64,000 nucleotides of DNA from Acidimicrobiia bacterium (GCA_033344795.1 JAWPMS010000001.1:4152757-4216756); one strand, 5' to 3'; positions 18,201-23,716 are shown, counted from the first letter of the stretch. Made by a program: numbers and translations. Notes: generated from the letters alone by a model not told the origin.

Positions 18201-21195
18201 CAACATCGGACTGGGCATCGACCTGAGCGTCAACAATGGCATCCCCCTACCGAACGATCCGGGCGATACCGACACCGGAGGCAACGACCTCCTGAACTAC
18301 CCCGTTCTCACCGGAGCCACGATCGGGGCTGGCTCCCTCGACATCACCTACGACCTCGACGTCCCTGCAGGCACGTACCGGATCGAGTTCTTCGACAACG
18401 CAGCGCCCGACCCGTCTGGCAACGGCGAGGGGGAAACGTTCGTAGCGTCGGCGACGCTCACCCACGGCGGAGGAGCGGCGTCGTATCTCACGACAATTCC
18501 GGGCGTGGTGGGCGACGTCATCACCGCAACGGCCACCCCCGATCTCGGCGGAGGAACCTACGAGGGGACATCGGAGTTCTCCAACGCACTCGCCATCGGG
18601 GTGGTGTTCGTGAACTCGACAGCCGATGCCTCTGATGCTTCGGCTGGCGATGGCGCCTGTGACACCGGGGGCCTCAACAGCGACGGGAACGCTGAGTGCA
18701 CCTTGCGAGCAGCCATCGAGGAGACCGCTGCGAACTCGGGCTACGACCACATCCGCTTCACGATCCCCGAGACAGATCCCGGCTTTGTTGCTGGGGCGCC
18801 CTCGTACTGGACGATCTCGCCAGCAACCACGCTCCCGTTTGTCTCCGACACGATCGAGATCGATGCAACGACCCAACCGGGGTGGGTCGACAGTCCGGTC
18901 ATCGAACTCGATGGGTCTGGCGTGGTGAGCGCTGGCGCCGACGGCATCAATTTGGCGACGGGGATGACTCTACGGGGTTTCTCCATCACGGGGTGGCTCG
19001 ACGACGGTGCGTTCAGCGACCAGGACGACATCGTCGTGGCTGGCAACTGGTTCGGCATCTCGCCCGACGGTACCCCGCTCGCCAATCAGGGCACTGATCT
19101 CGTTCTCTATGGCGCAAGTGATGGCGCGACGATCGGCGGTCCCGACGCAGCCGACACCAACATCTTTGCCGCCGGTGGCTCCGAGGACGGAGTCATGCTC
19201 AGCGGCGATACAACGAACGCCGTCGTCGAGAACAACCGATTCGGCGTCGCTGCTGATGGGGTGACCGGCCTTGGAACAGCCACTGCGGAACTTCTGGTCA
19301 TCGTCGACAACGCTTCGGACATTCTGGTGGTCGACAACCAGTTCGGTGACGCACCCAACGCGTCTGTGACCTTGTGGGCCGATCCGACGAACGTCACCAT
19401 CGTCGGCAACATCTTCGGCACGGATGACACGGGAACGGCGGTTCTCCCCGTGGGCCAAGCCGTGTATGCGCAAGCCGCCGGCAGCGCACGATTCGGCGGG
19501 ACCACCTCGAGCGAGTGGAACACGATCCGCAACGTCCTCTGGCAGGCGGTCTTGCTCGACGCAGGCCACACCGGGTCCTTCAGCTACCTCGGAAACTCGA
19601 TGACCGGTTCCGGCCTGTATGGGATCGACCTGAGCGGAGACGGAACCACATCCAATGATGCTGGTGATGCTGACAGCGGTCCGAACGACAACCTGAACGT
19701 CCCCGAGATCTCATCGGTCGTCGAGAGCGGTGGCACCGTGCGGGTCTCCTTTGGGCTCGACGTACCGGCGGGCACCTACCGGATCGAAGCGTTCACGAAC
19801 CCGAGCGGCGCACATCCGACCGGGTTCGGCGAGGGCGAGGTCTTCGAAACATCGGCGACGATCACGCACGCGGGCTCCGGTCGACAGAGCTACGAGGTCA
19901 CGTTCCCCGGAAGTATCGGCGAGCTGGTCTCGTTGACGACGACGCAAGATCTTGGTGGCGGACTGTTCGGCGCCACGTCGGAGTTCTCACAGACCGTTCA
20001 AGCAACCGACCCCGCCCTCATCCTCGAGGACGACCGCTCAGAACGACGTTCCGACCTCGCCAGTAGCGGCGGGGTGAGCATCAGCGGTGACAGCGCGCCT
20101 GGTCAGGCAGGGCTCGCCGTGCACTTCGACGGGTCCAACGACCGTTTCGTCGGCCCAGCGGTCGACATCACCGACGCGGCGCTCACGATGTATGCCAGCT
20201 TCAATGCCGACGGGCTCACCGGCGACCCTGTCCTGCTCTCGAAGAGGACCAGCGCCGGATCGCCGATCTACGAGCTCTCGATCGATTCGGGGACCGGCGA
20301 GGTCGTCGCCGAAGTACGCACGAACAGTGGCCCAGCGGTCGCACGGGGCGGTTCCATCGCGGCTGGGACCTGGCATCAGGCGCTCGCCACGTGGGACGGC
20401 GCCGAGTTGGTCTTGTTCGTCGACGGGCTCGAGGTCGATCGCGTCGCCCTCACCGGAGCCCTTACGGTCGATGTGGCGACCGATGTCATCATCGGCAGCA
20501 CGAGCACGAACTCGGCTCCGTTCGATGGTCTGATCGACGATGTCCGCGTCTCTCATGAAGCCACGGATAGCGCTACCGCAGACGCCTTGGCGCAAAACCA
20601 AACCATGGTGGGGTTCGTCTCGGTGGGCGGCGAACAGACATCGGCACCCTCGCCGTGGACGACGAGCAGCGTGCAGACAAGGTCCGGCTCCTTCGCGCTG
20701 TCGGCTCCGGAAACGAGCGGATCCGGCGCCGCAGCATGGGCGGTGGCCACTGGTATCGACGAACCTGGACTCGTCTTTGAATCTTGGTGGTGGTTCAGCT
20801 CGAACACCGGCGTCGATTTGTCCTCTGGCACCCGTGCGGGTGAGGCGCCAACCGATCAGTACGAAGCTGCACTGACATCGCCGTCGGGTTGGGAACTCCG
20901 CCAACGAAGCGGCGGCACAGGGTCGTTCGACGCTCCCGCCGCCGGCTCGCCAACCGCTGGTGCGTGGGTCAACGTCGAGATTCGAACAGATCAGTTCGGA
21001 GCCACTCGCCTGTTCATCGATGGCAGCGAAGTGACGACCACAACTCCGCAGGGTTCTGCGCTGTTGAGCGGCTCGATGGCGCTACGCGCAGGACTGCTCC
21101 CCACTGGCCAGACCTGGTACATCGACGATGCTCGCGGCCGAAAGCTGGTCACGCCGGAGCCCGTCACCTCAGTGGGCCCCCTCGACAGGAATTGA
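6202..21195 (+). CDS. Giant secreted multidomain protein (~4997 aa): PKD, NHL propeller, cadherin-like, LamG, Ca-binding repeats, FG-GAP propeller, six CSLREA/beta-helix modules, two C-terminal ConA-like domains
   Basis: Single open frame. Sec-type signal peptide MTLSVHRRAAAAALLCALAVIVTMSAVAAA. ATG 6202 lies 23 nt after the TasA-like stop; the ORF-track start at 6073 overlaps that gene. Domain motifs are listed under the sub-features and findings. Confidence 0.9.
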   Translation: MTLSVHRRAAAAALLCALAVIVTMSAVAAANVAQDDPTAVPGIPLISVDGDAKAEAGRPYLLDVTVEGIDQSQVSEWTVSWGDGTATKGTGSPGIVEHVYEHVGSAHQITVSVITSGGDTLSNAALVISNYDTARAPTLHRITGQPASDQLVGDATDNIASVLVGADGVLYAIDDVANTILRFDLDRKTRFEVPLDRESVVRRPRAMAFDAEGHLLVADASSNAIHQIDVDSGQIVRTIAGDEHLNRPSALIIGPQGDLYVTDAADDDIERFDFTTGRHVSTFATFEPGATPTSLVSGPNDTLLVSLPGAGRIASVSSSGQVANFGADVTTPDQLAVGPDGALWVSDYWNDTVERFDLKSGETLDREPIVEGTAGPRGLSFAPDVSVTVIAPSDAPSSDPSPDELTAQEWRESLPEDQNIDELIFVANDGEAEPQLDFIAQSDDYIAVIADNTIEVALDQAESDQLVTMELEDATEKPPSGASTDTRVAFDDVYDGIDAVYSDDEGELEYSFIIEPGADVDDISLDFGGAETLQITEQGDLFIDVSEGPDLLSTAPFTFQFIDGRRVVIESSYVIRPDGRVGFGLGAYDPTRPVVIDPTLTAATNLLMVTGTGTAVGTDATKQALFQSWGWTVTLIDDDSVGSFAGAAAANDVLYVSGTARFDIAYDVRDLDIGIVNENFSAWNGLLNYGSQPQAFTTGTTLNIVDNSHYITSPFATGSLAIHSVGDDINYWPSDSAPLPAGVTVLAESPTSTNHEALHVAETGTTLYSAFTAVNRRVWFPSDYADPANYTTDYETLLERSLDWAAGNDAPPAAPQSIAVANPDTASTAQDLATTLDPSANDADAEGDPIVEIDVTDPANGSVVINGDETVTYTPDPGYTGSDSFDYWAIDSGAGLTNYWGLAGGGIDSVGSANGALSGTTTVPGDFGDALSFNEINDRVTVPDFAYGSDFSLSFEFKLDDNTGSLFQYVYSHGDINAVNSVNVFINEASHGSDPNILRTVVRDGNDTLDNAALQTSIASFVGDGLWHTYTVTADSSAGLTVSIDGVAVATDATRGTGVVDPTGSAYFGTRQDLAADRWYGGSLDSVQIYNRALTGSEVTDLHAGTNRSTVSITVAPCTVDTDGDGLWDCEEDANTDADGDPATNPGPDTDGDTTPNYLDNDDDDDGALTSAENADPNSDGDPRDAQDTDHDGEPDYLDTEAGASRTPVAAEQKISNTSGGLTGSWSASDWAGTAVASIGDLDGDGITDIAVGTNGDDDGGANHGAVWVLFLNADGTVRAEQKISDTAGGFTGTLESGDQFGSALTGPGDIDGDGIPDLVVGARLDDDGGSGRGAAYILFLNTDGTVRAEQKISDAQGGLATTLDTNDEFGHAVEGIGDLDGDGIPDIAVGAWGDDDGGSGRGAVYILFLNSDGTVRAEQKISDISGGLAASIPDGSNFGVGLGDIGDVDSDGITDLAVGAWNDTDGGSARGAVYVLMLNADGTVAGEQKISATAGGFGGTLDASDDFGAGVSGIGDVDGDGTPDLAVGAPRDDDGGSSRGAVWLLTLNTDGTVGTTSKISSTAGGLTGPLDDNDQFGYEVTSLGDLDDDGSLNLLVGAWGDSDGASAAGAGYILDLSPPSSTVTVNSTGDLGDATPGDGSCDTGFLNSETNTECTLRAAIEEANASAAIDTIHLDIPTSDSGYAAAPLAFTITPGSVLPAITSSVVLDATTQSEYAGRPVIQLDGKDATGATAGILIHADDVTVSGFIVHSFDDEGIEVSNFSSSADRSTIINNWIGIDASEATRANLGDGVLVTSGSAANTIGSPGQGNVISGNVGAGVLIRGVDSDDNVVQANLIGVGSDGSTAVPNGSDGIQISDTTTGNRIGGTLATEANTIANNGGDGVAVLATAGSDNAVLRNEIHSNAGMGIDIDPNGVNANDPGDTDGPGPNDLLNYPSITSATTSGIIAILNGTYDVPAGSYRFDFYKNPSGADASGFGEGEQWVATSTLSHSGSGAEGWGAAFVGAVGDIITITVTEDLGGGNYGSTSEFSSAASVTAPAVVVNSTGDAADQTPGDGSCDTGGVNSQLATECTLRAAIEEANALAGGDTIEFNMPSSESGHASGVWTISPATIYPELTERVELDASSQPGFVGTPIVELDGSSLSVSSEHGLQLGVGSDGTTVRGLSISSFPGAGLYLEGSDSHTIAGNYIGLKADGSTAAGNRYGMYMSASSSTTIGGTTPADRNVISANTFSGVAVYNSIGLGLESLDTVIIGNYIGTDSTGMLARGNARDGLFVVNGSSRTQVGGSSPGEGNLISANTDAGVYVGSGSMVDTVVVGNTIGVSVDESIELPNEIGVEVGWSERTIVRDNVIGSATSHGVLLSSADNAVVAGNTIGTDAAGSAAWTIGGHGVLLENTSELNMIGGTLTADANTITNAALSGVAVPATAGSNNSILRNEIAANTGLGIDLDVDGVTPNSSVDGWLDYPDITSVVSSGGTLTTEFDLDVPAGAYRIEFFNNLSGADASGFGEGETFVHATTATHTGSGTESFSVNFAGSFGDIITATATQDLGGGSFGSTSEFSGAVAVLPVAVVNSTGDLGDATPGDDICDTGGTNSGLDAECTLRAAIEEANASADVDTIEFDMPTSEAGHSAGVWMIEPGTQLPEITQVVMLDASTQPGWTATPIVEIDGSSAGATTDGLLISGDDVTISGLAINRFAADGVKVLVGAQNTTLRSNHIGLDASGLIDRGNGDRGVDLQAGSGPTTVGGTNAIDRNVISGNGDDGIIIFGSDDNIVINNLIGTDVSGLSAIPNAADGVVLASGSADNTIGQPGFGNVLSGNANDGIEIDDTTGPNTIQSNIIGLGLDGDALVPNGRYGIVLYNGANTTQIGGGGADQGNVISGNATDGIYIDGNNNAATTANVIEGNLIGTDGTGTLERGNVRYGIRVDNAATSTVIGGPGAGNTISGNGDDGIYLSDSGTDNTIIQANHIGTNAAGDDAIPNGDRGVQIESGASFTQVGGAGAGEGNVISANLGDGVIIADWLALGTTGTVVEGNLIGVEADGSTPLGNGGHGVHVDPVTGNRIGGTAVGAGNVIANNGATGTQMAPTSGTNTVLGNSIYANADIGLGLGWDGVTPNDPGDVDSGPNGLLNFPEVTAASVSAGSVTVDFELDVPAGDYRIEFFTNPSGADPTGYGEGEVLADALTISHTGSGVESFSTSFAGAIGDVITATATEDLGGSHGATSEFSAAATATATDTIVNSTGDAGDAAVGDGVCDTGALNSAGVTECTLRAAVQESNNLGAAAIVFDIPATESGHDAGVWTISPSAPFDDLTAPVSIDGSTQPGWSTTPVIQIDGSGSGAAADGFRLLTGSDGSEIRSLSIGIYDSDALEIQSNDVVIAGNHLGLDAAGTTATPMATGAGVNISGAARTTIGGSTAVDRNVIAGGPNGVIVGGASTDTVIIGNYIGTDVTGSATAVTFSQYSIYVLGGSADTRIGGPLTTDRNIIASRGIYIRDETSDNVLIENNSIGVGADGTSPVSVASRAILVSGGSDDIDVIDNVIGNAYRAVEINGATTNSTVRGNTIGTDAGLTTDHGTTVEAIEISGGAAGIQIGGTTPAEANRIQFVGLGFPAISVADAATDDVHVMGNSILHDHGAIDLGADGPTSNDPGDIDGGANDLLNFPTLTVTNTTGSGPFTVDLDVTLDTAAGDHRIEIYSNADPGFGGLGKGEVLEHTFTFTHTGSGPETVSTTYVGSSSTALSATATEEFGGGTYGSTSEMSPIAAIAADAVVNSTGDLGDADLNDGQCDTGGTNSDGATECTFRAAIEQTNRAIASRVDFAIPNTDSGYDVGGYWTINQATDYEDIFASTTVDGSTQPGWDGSRPVVFINDNSSGTDHLTAFGDDVTLRSLALGNPGDDGVQIEGNRATLDDLWIGIDPTGADAGRPGTGNEGVIVYNGATDLLISDSRIAGFDSGIISNSGTIDATVSNTEIFNNRNGGIAFDNLGRVTAIGNSIHDNIGLGIDLSVNNGIPLPNDPGDTDTGGNDLLNYPVLTGATIGAGSLDITYDLDVPAGTYRIEFFDNAAPDPSGNGEGETFVASATLTHGGGAASYLTTIPGVVGDVITATATPDLGGGTYEGTSEFSNALAIGVVFVNSTADASDASAGDGACDTGGLNSDGNAECTLRAAIEETAANSGYDHIRFTIPETDPGFVAGAPSYWTISPATTLPFVSDTIEIDATTQPGWVDSPVIELDGSGVVSAGADGINLATGMTLRGFSITGWLDDGAFSDQDDIVVAGNWFGISPDGTPLANQGTDLVLYGASDGATIGGPDAADTNIFAAGGSEDGVMLSGDTTNAVVENNRFGVAADGVTGLGTATAELLVIVDNASDILVVDNQFGDAPNASVTLWADPTNVTIVGNIFGTDDTGTAVLPVGQAVYAQAAGSARFGGTTSSEWNTIRNVLWQAVLLDAGHTGSFSYLGNSMTGSGLYGIDLSGDGTTSNDAGDADSGPNDNLNVPEISSVVESGGTVRVSFGLDVPAGTYRIEAFTNPSGAHPTGFGEGEVFETSATITHAGSGRQSYEVTFPGSIGELVSLTTTQDLGGGLFGATSEFSQTVQATDPALILEDDRSERRSDLASSGGVSISGDSAPGQAGLAVHFDGSNDRFVGPAVDITDAALTMYASFNADGLTGDPVLLSKRTSAGSPIYELSIDSGTGEVVAEVRTNSGPAVARGGSIAAGTWHQALATWDGAELVLFVDGLEVDRVALTGALTVDVATDVIIGSTSTNSAPFDGLIDDVRVSHEATDSATADALAQNQTMVGFVSVGGEQTSAPSPWTTSSVQTRSGSFALSAPETSGSGAAAWAVATGIDEPGLVFESWWWFSSNTGVDLSSGTRAGEAPTDQYEAALTSPSGWELRQRSGGTGSFDAPAAGSPTAGAWVNVEIRTDQFGATRLFIDGSEVTTTTPQGSALLSGSMALRAGLLPTGQTWYIDDARGRKLVTPEPVTSVGPLDRN
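6337..7360 (+). other. PKD-like domain followed by NHL-type beta-propeller repeats
   Basis: PKD: WTVSWGDGT...HVYEHVGSAHQITVSV. NHL: LYAIDDVANTILRFD, HLLVADASSNAIHQID, DLYVTDAADDDIERFD, ALWVSDYWNDTVERFD. Confidence 0.6.
8944..9515 (+). other. LamG/concanavalin-A-like domain 1 of the giant protein
   Basis: ALSFNEINDRVTVPDF...FSLSFEFK...WHTYTVTADS...GGSLDSVQIYNRALTGSEV. Confidence 0.6.
9553..9803 (+). repeat. Thrombospondin-type-3-like Asp-rich Ca-binding repeats
   Basis: DTDGDGLWDCEEDANTDADGD...DTDGDTTPNYLDNDDDDDG...DPNSDGDPRDAQDTDHDGEPDYLD. Confidence 0.6.
9826..11055 (+). repeat. FG-GAP/integrin-alpha-like propeller repeats, period ~69 aa (six full units plus a partial one)
   Basis: Recurrent (D/N)(Q/E/D)FG...GD(L/I/V)D(G/S/D)DG(I/T)(P/T)D(L/I).VGA..DDDGGS.RGA.(Y/W)(I/V)L.LN.DGTV..EQKIS. 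Confidence 0.75.
11077..20010 (+). repeat. Six tandem CSLREA-cap, parallel beta-helix (PbH1) and C-terminal beta-sandwich modules
   Basis: Module starts (VNST(G/A)D) are at 11077, 12331, 13924, 15925, 17521 and 18610. Each has EC T(L/F)RAA(I/V)(E/Q)E(A/S/T)N, then N.IG...G.(S/T)GN-type helix turns, then NDPGD.D.G.N(D/G)LLN(Y/F)P ... YRIEFF.NPSGAD..G(F/Y)GEGE ... TSEFS. Confidence 0.8.
20110..21160 (+). other. LamG-like domain 2 plus a further ConA-like C-terminal domain; no LPXTG-type sorting signal seen
   Basis: AVHFDGSNDRFVGP...WHQALATWDG...FDGLIDDVRVSHEA, then WVNVEIRTDQFGATRLFIDGSEV...WYIDDARG. The protein ends ...VTSVGPLDRN. Confidence 0.55.
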
Positions 21196-21307
21196 TCTCG
21201 ACTTTAGCTCTCTTTGGGTAGTTCGGCCCTGGGACGACGACCACTCTGCGTGGTGTAGTTGTGGTGGGTTGACCGCACACCGCCGTCACGAGATTGAGAG
21301 CTCCCTG

Positions 21308-23671
21308 ATGTTTCCCCGATCTTCTACCGTTCGAAAGAGCTTCCGCAAGGCCGTCACCGCCGGGCTCGTTCTGGCGCTCGCCGCAACTGCGGTCTTGAGC
21401 GCGGGACCGACCGACAGCGCCTCCGCTGGCGTCCTGGACGAGCCGTTCACCCCTCATCCATCACTCGTGCCGGACGTACCCGAGACCGGCTACCCGATCA
21501 TTCTCACGACCCCAGCCGACGGACGAAATGGAAATCGCCAGACCCGCGCCGTTGACTTGATCGGCGACTACATCGTCTCAGGTGGCGACTTCTACAACAT
21601 CGAACTGCAGAACGGTCAGACGATCGAGCAGCGGTATCTCAGCATCGTCGATGCATCGACAAAGCAGCTCGTCTGCACGAACCTCGACGTGAACAACGAC
21701 GTTCTTGCCATCGCACCAGGTCCAGATCGCAACACGGCCATCATTGGCGGACGGTTCAACACCGTGACGGGCGCCGACGGAATCGTGCGAGTCAAGCCAA
21801 GGGTTGCCAAGATCGACCTCGATACGTGTCAGGTCGATCCCAACTGGGCGGCGGGCGCAATCAACTCGAAGGTCACCGAACTCGCAGTCAACGGCAACCG
21901 CCTCTTCGTTGGCGGCGATTTCACCGCGATCGCCGGAACGTCGATCGAGCGTCTGGCAGAACTCGACCTCACCACAGGTGTCATCAACCCGAACTTCAGC
22001 TTCGTCTTTGGCGGCGAACTCTCGACTCCAATCCGGGCGCTCGAAGTGAACACGGCTGGGACACGCGTGGCGATCGTCCATCGGACCACGTCGATCAACG
22101 GCAACTCGATGCGCGGCACCGCGATCTTCGACGTGAGCAACCCCAACGCCCCGACCCTCACGAACCACCGGATGAGCACCAACGCAAACGCCTACACCAA
22201 CTACACCCGAATCCAAGACGGCGCTGTCTCCCCTGACTTCAGCCGTATCGGCATCGCCGCTGGCTTCAGTACGGTTGCCGACTACGTCACCCTTGTGCCG
22301 ACGACCGAAGCCGCCGGCCAGCTCAGCTGGCAACACTTCATGCGAGATAGCAACACCGGTATCGGCATCTCGAACAACGCCGTCTACGTCGGAGGTCACT
22401 TCTGCAAGCCCGATGATGGTCCTGGACCGACCGTGATCTCGGCACCGAACAGCGGCCCGAGTAGCTGCACCGGAAGCAACGCATTCCCCGGCGGCGCATG
22501 GCGCACACAACTCGCTGCTCTCAACATCGCAGACGGAACTCCTCTCGATTGGAACCCTGGCAACGACTCCTTCCGGGGCGCAACAGCGGTGACGGTCGTG
22601 AGCCGAGGTCTCCTCGTCGGATACGACGGCGCTCGCACCAACAACCGCCGAGTCGGCGCAACGGCGTTCTTCGACTTCGGAGCGACCCCAGATCCCCGCG
22701 AGGATCAGACCTGCAGCGCATCGGTGGATGCAAACTTCGATGTGAACCTGACCTGGACCCTTGTCGCCGGTGGCGTGGACGGTGACAACTATCAGGTGCG
22801 TCGCGACGGCGTGTTCGTCGCAGATGCTGGAAACACCACGACGTACACCGATTCGCCGGACAACGGCACGTACACCTACCGAATTCGCACATTGCTCAAT
22901 GGTGTGGAGTGGGACACGACGTGTGAGCCAACGGTGACGGTCGACGCCCCTCCTCCTCCCGCCCAGACCTGCACCGCCACGGAAGCCAACGGACTCGTGA
23001 CGCTCACCTGGACGGCGATCGCAGGCGAAAACAACTACATCGTCCGACGCAACAACACCTACATCGCCACCGCAGGCAACGTCCTCACCTTCGATGACAG
23101 CCCCGGCAACGGCACCTTCACCTACGTCATCCGATCAAACATGGCCGGAGTTCAGACCAACACCACCTGCAACCCCGACATCACGATCGACGACCCACCA
23201 CCACCCGGACAAACCTGCACCGCCACGGAAGCCAACGGACTCGTGACGCTCACCTGGACGGCGATCGCAGGCGAAAACAACTACATCGTCCGACGCAACA
23301 ACACCTACATCGCCACCGCAGGCAACGTCCTCACCTTCGATGACAGCCCCGGCAACGGCACCTTCACCTACGTCATCCGATCAAACATGGCCGGAGTTCA
23401 GACCAACACCACCTGCAACCCCGACATCACGATCGACGACCCACCACCACCCGGACAAACCTGCACCGCCACGGTGAACGGTGATGGTTCGGTCACGTTG
23501 GTTTGGACCGCTATAGCGGGCGAGAACACGTATGTGGTACGTCGCAACAACAGCTGGCTGGAAACGGTGGGCAACGTCCTCACCTACACAGACACCGGTG
23601 CAGCTGCTGGAGACACGTACGTCATTCGATCGAGCATGGGCGGCGTGCAAACCAACACGACCTGCGACTGA
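21308..23671 (+). CDS. Secreted beta-propeller protein with four C-terminal Cys-bounded ~82-aa Ig/FN3-like repeats (~787 aa)
   Basis: Signal peptide MFPRSSTVRKSFRKAVTAGLVLALAATAVLSAGPTDSASA. Propeller-type repeats: GG(D/R)F..(I/V).G...R.A..D. Repeats: QTC.A...LTW(T/A)..AG...Y.VRR(D/N)....A...T(Y/F).D.....TY.IR......TTC. Confidence 0.8.
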   Translation: MFPRSSTVRKSFRKAVTAGLVLALAATAVLSAGPTDSASAGVLDEPFTPHPSLVPDVPETGYPIILTTPADGRNGNRQTRAVDLIGDYIVSGGDFYNIELQNGQTIEQRYLSIVDASTKQLVCTNLDVNNDVLAIAPGPDRNTAIIGGRFNTVTGADGIVRVKPRVAKIDLDTCQVDPNWAAGAINSKVTELAVNGNRLFVGGDFTAIAGTSIERLAELDLTTGVINPNFSFVFGGELSTPIRALEVNTAGTRVAIVHRTTSINGNSMRGTAIFDVSNPNAPTLTNHRMSTNANAYTNYTRIQDGAVSPDFSRIGIAAGFSTVADYVTLVPTTEAAGQLSWQHFMRDSNTGIGISNNAVYVGGHFCKPDDGPGPTVISAPNSGPSSCTGSNAFPGGAWRTQLAALNIADGTPLDWNPGNDSFRGATAVTVVSRGLLVGYDGARTNNRRVGATAFFDFGATPDPREDQTCSASVDANFDVNLTWTLVAGGVDGDNYQVRRDGVFVADAGNTTTYTDSPDNGTYTYRIRTLLNGVEWDTTCEPTVTVDAPPPPAQTCTATEANGLVTLTWTAIAGENNYIVRRNNTYIATAGNVLTFDDSPGNGTFTYVIRSNMAGVQTNTTCNPDITIDDPPPPGQTCTATEANGLVTLTWTAIAGENNYIVRRNNTYIATAGNVLTFDDSPGNGTFTYVIRSNMAGVQTNTTCNPDITIDDPPPPGQTCTATVNGDGSVTLVWTAIAGENTYVVRRNNSWLETVGNVLTYTDTGAAAGDTYVIRSSMGGVQTNTTCD
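22706..23668 (+). repeat. Four ~82-aa Cys-bounded protein repeats
   Basis: Units start at 22706, 22964, 23210 and 23456. Units 2 and 3 are identical. Confidence 0.85.
22967..23474 (+). repeat. Perfect 246-bp direct tandem duplication (2.07 copies)
   Basis: nt 22967-23212 and 23213-23458 are identical base for base when read side by side. The identity continues 16 nt into the next unit. Confidence 0.9.
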
Positions 23672-23716
23672 GCTCTTCGCCTACGATCGGCAAAACGCCG
23701 ACGTCAGGAGCGCTCA

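Noticed and set aside
21128-21307. N-terminal extension of the 847-aa ORF, overlapping the end of the giant gene.
   Set aside because: The extension lacks signal-peptide character. ATG 21308 yields a canonical signal peptide (basic n-region, h-region, ASA).
1-23671. Possibility that the accessory locus is a mobile genomic island.
   Set aside because: No integrase, transposase or recombinase ORF, flanking tRNA or terminal direct/inverted repeats were seen. Base composition looks the same as the housekeeping half by eye. Horizontal origin cannot be excluded without genome context.
23672-23716. Small hairpin cggc-aaaa-gccg after the propeller/Ig-repeat gene, considered as a terminator.
   Set aside because: It has only a 4-bp stem and no T-tract. 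It is more likely just a spacer carrying the AGGAG SD of the dienelactone hydrolase gene.
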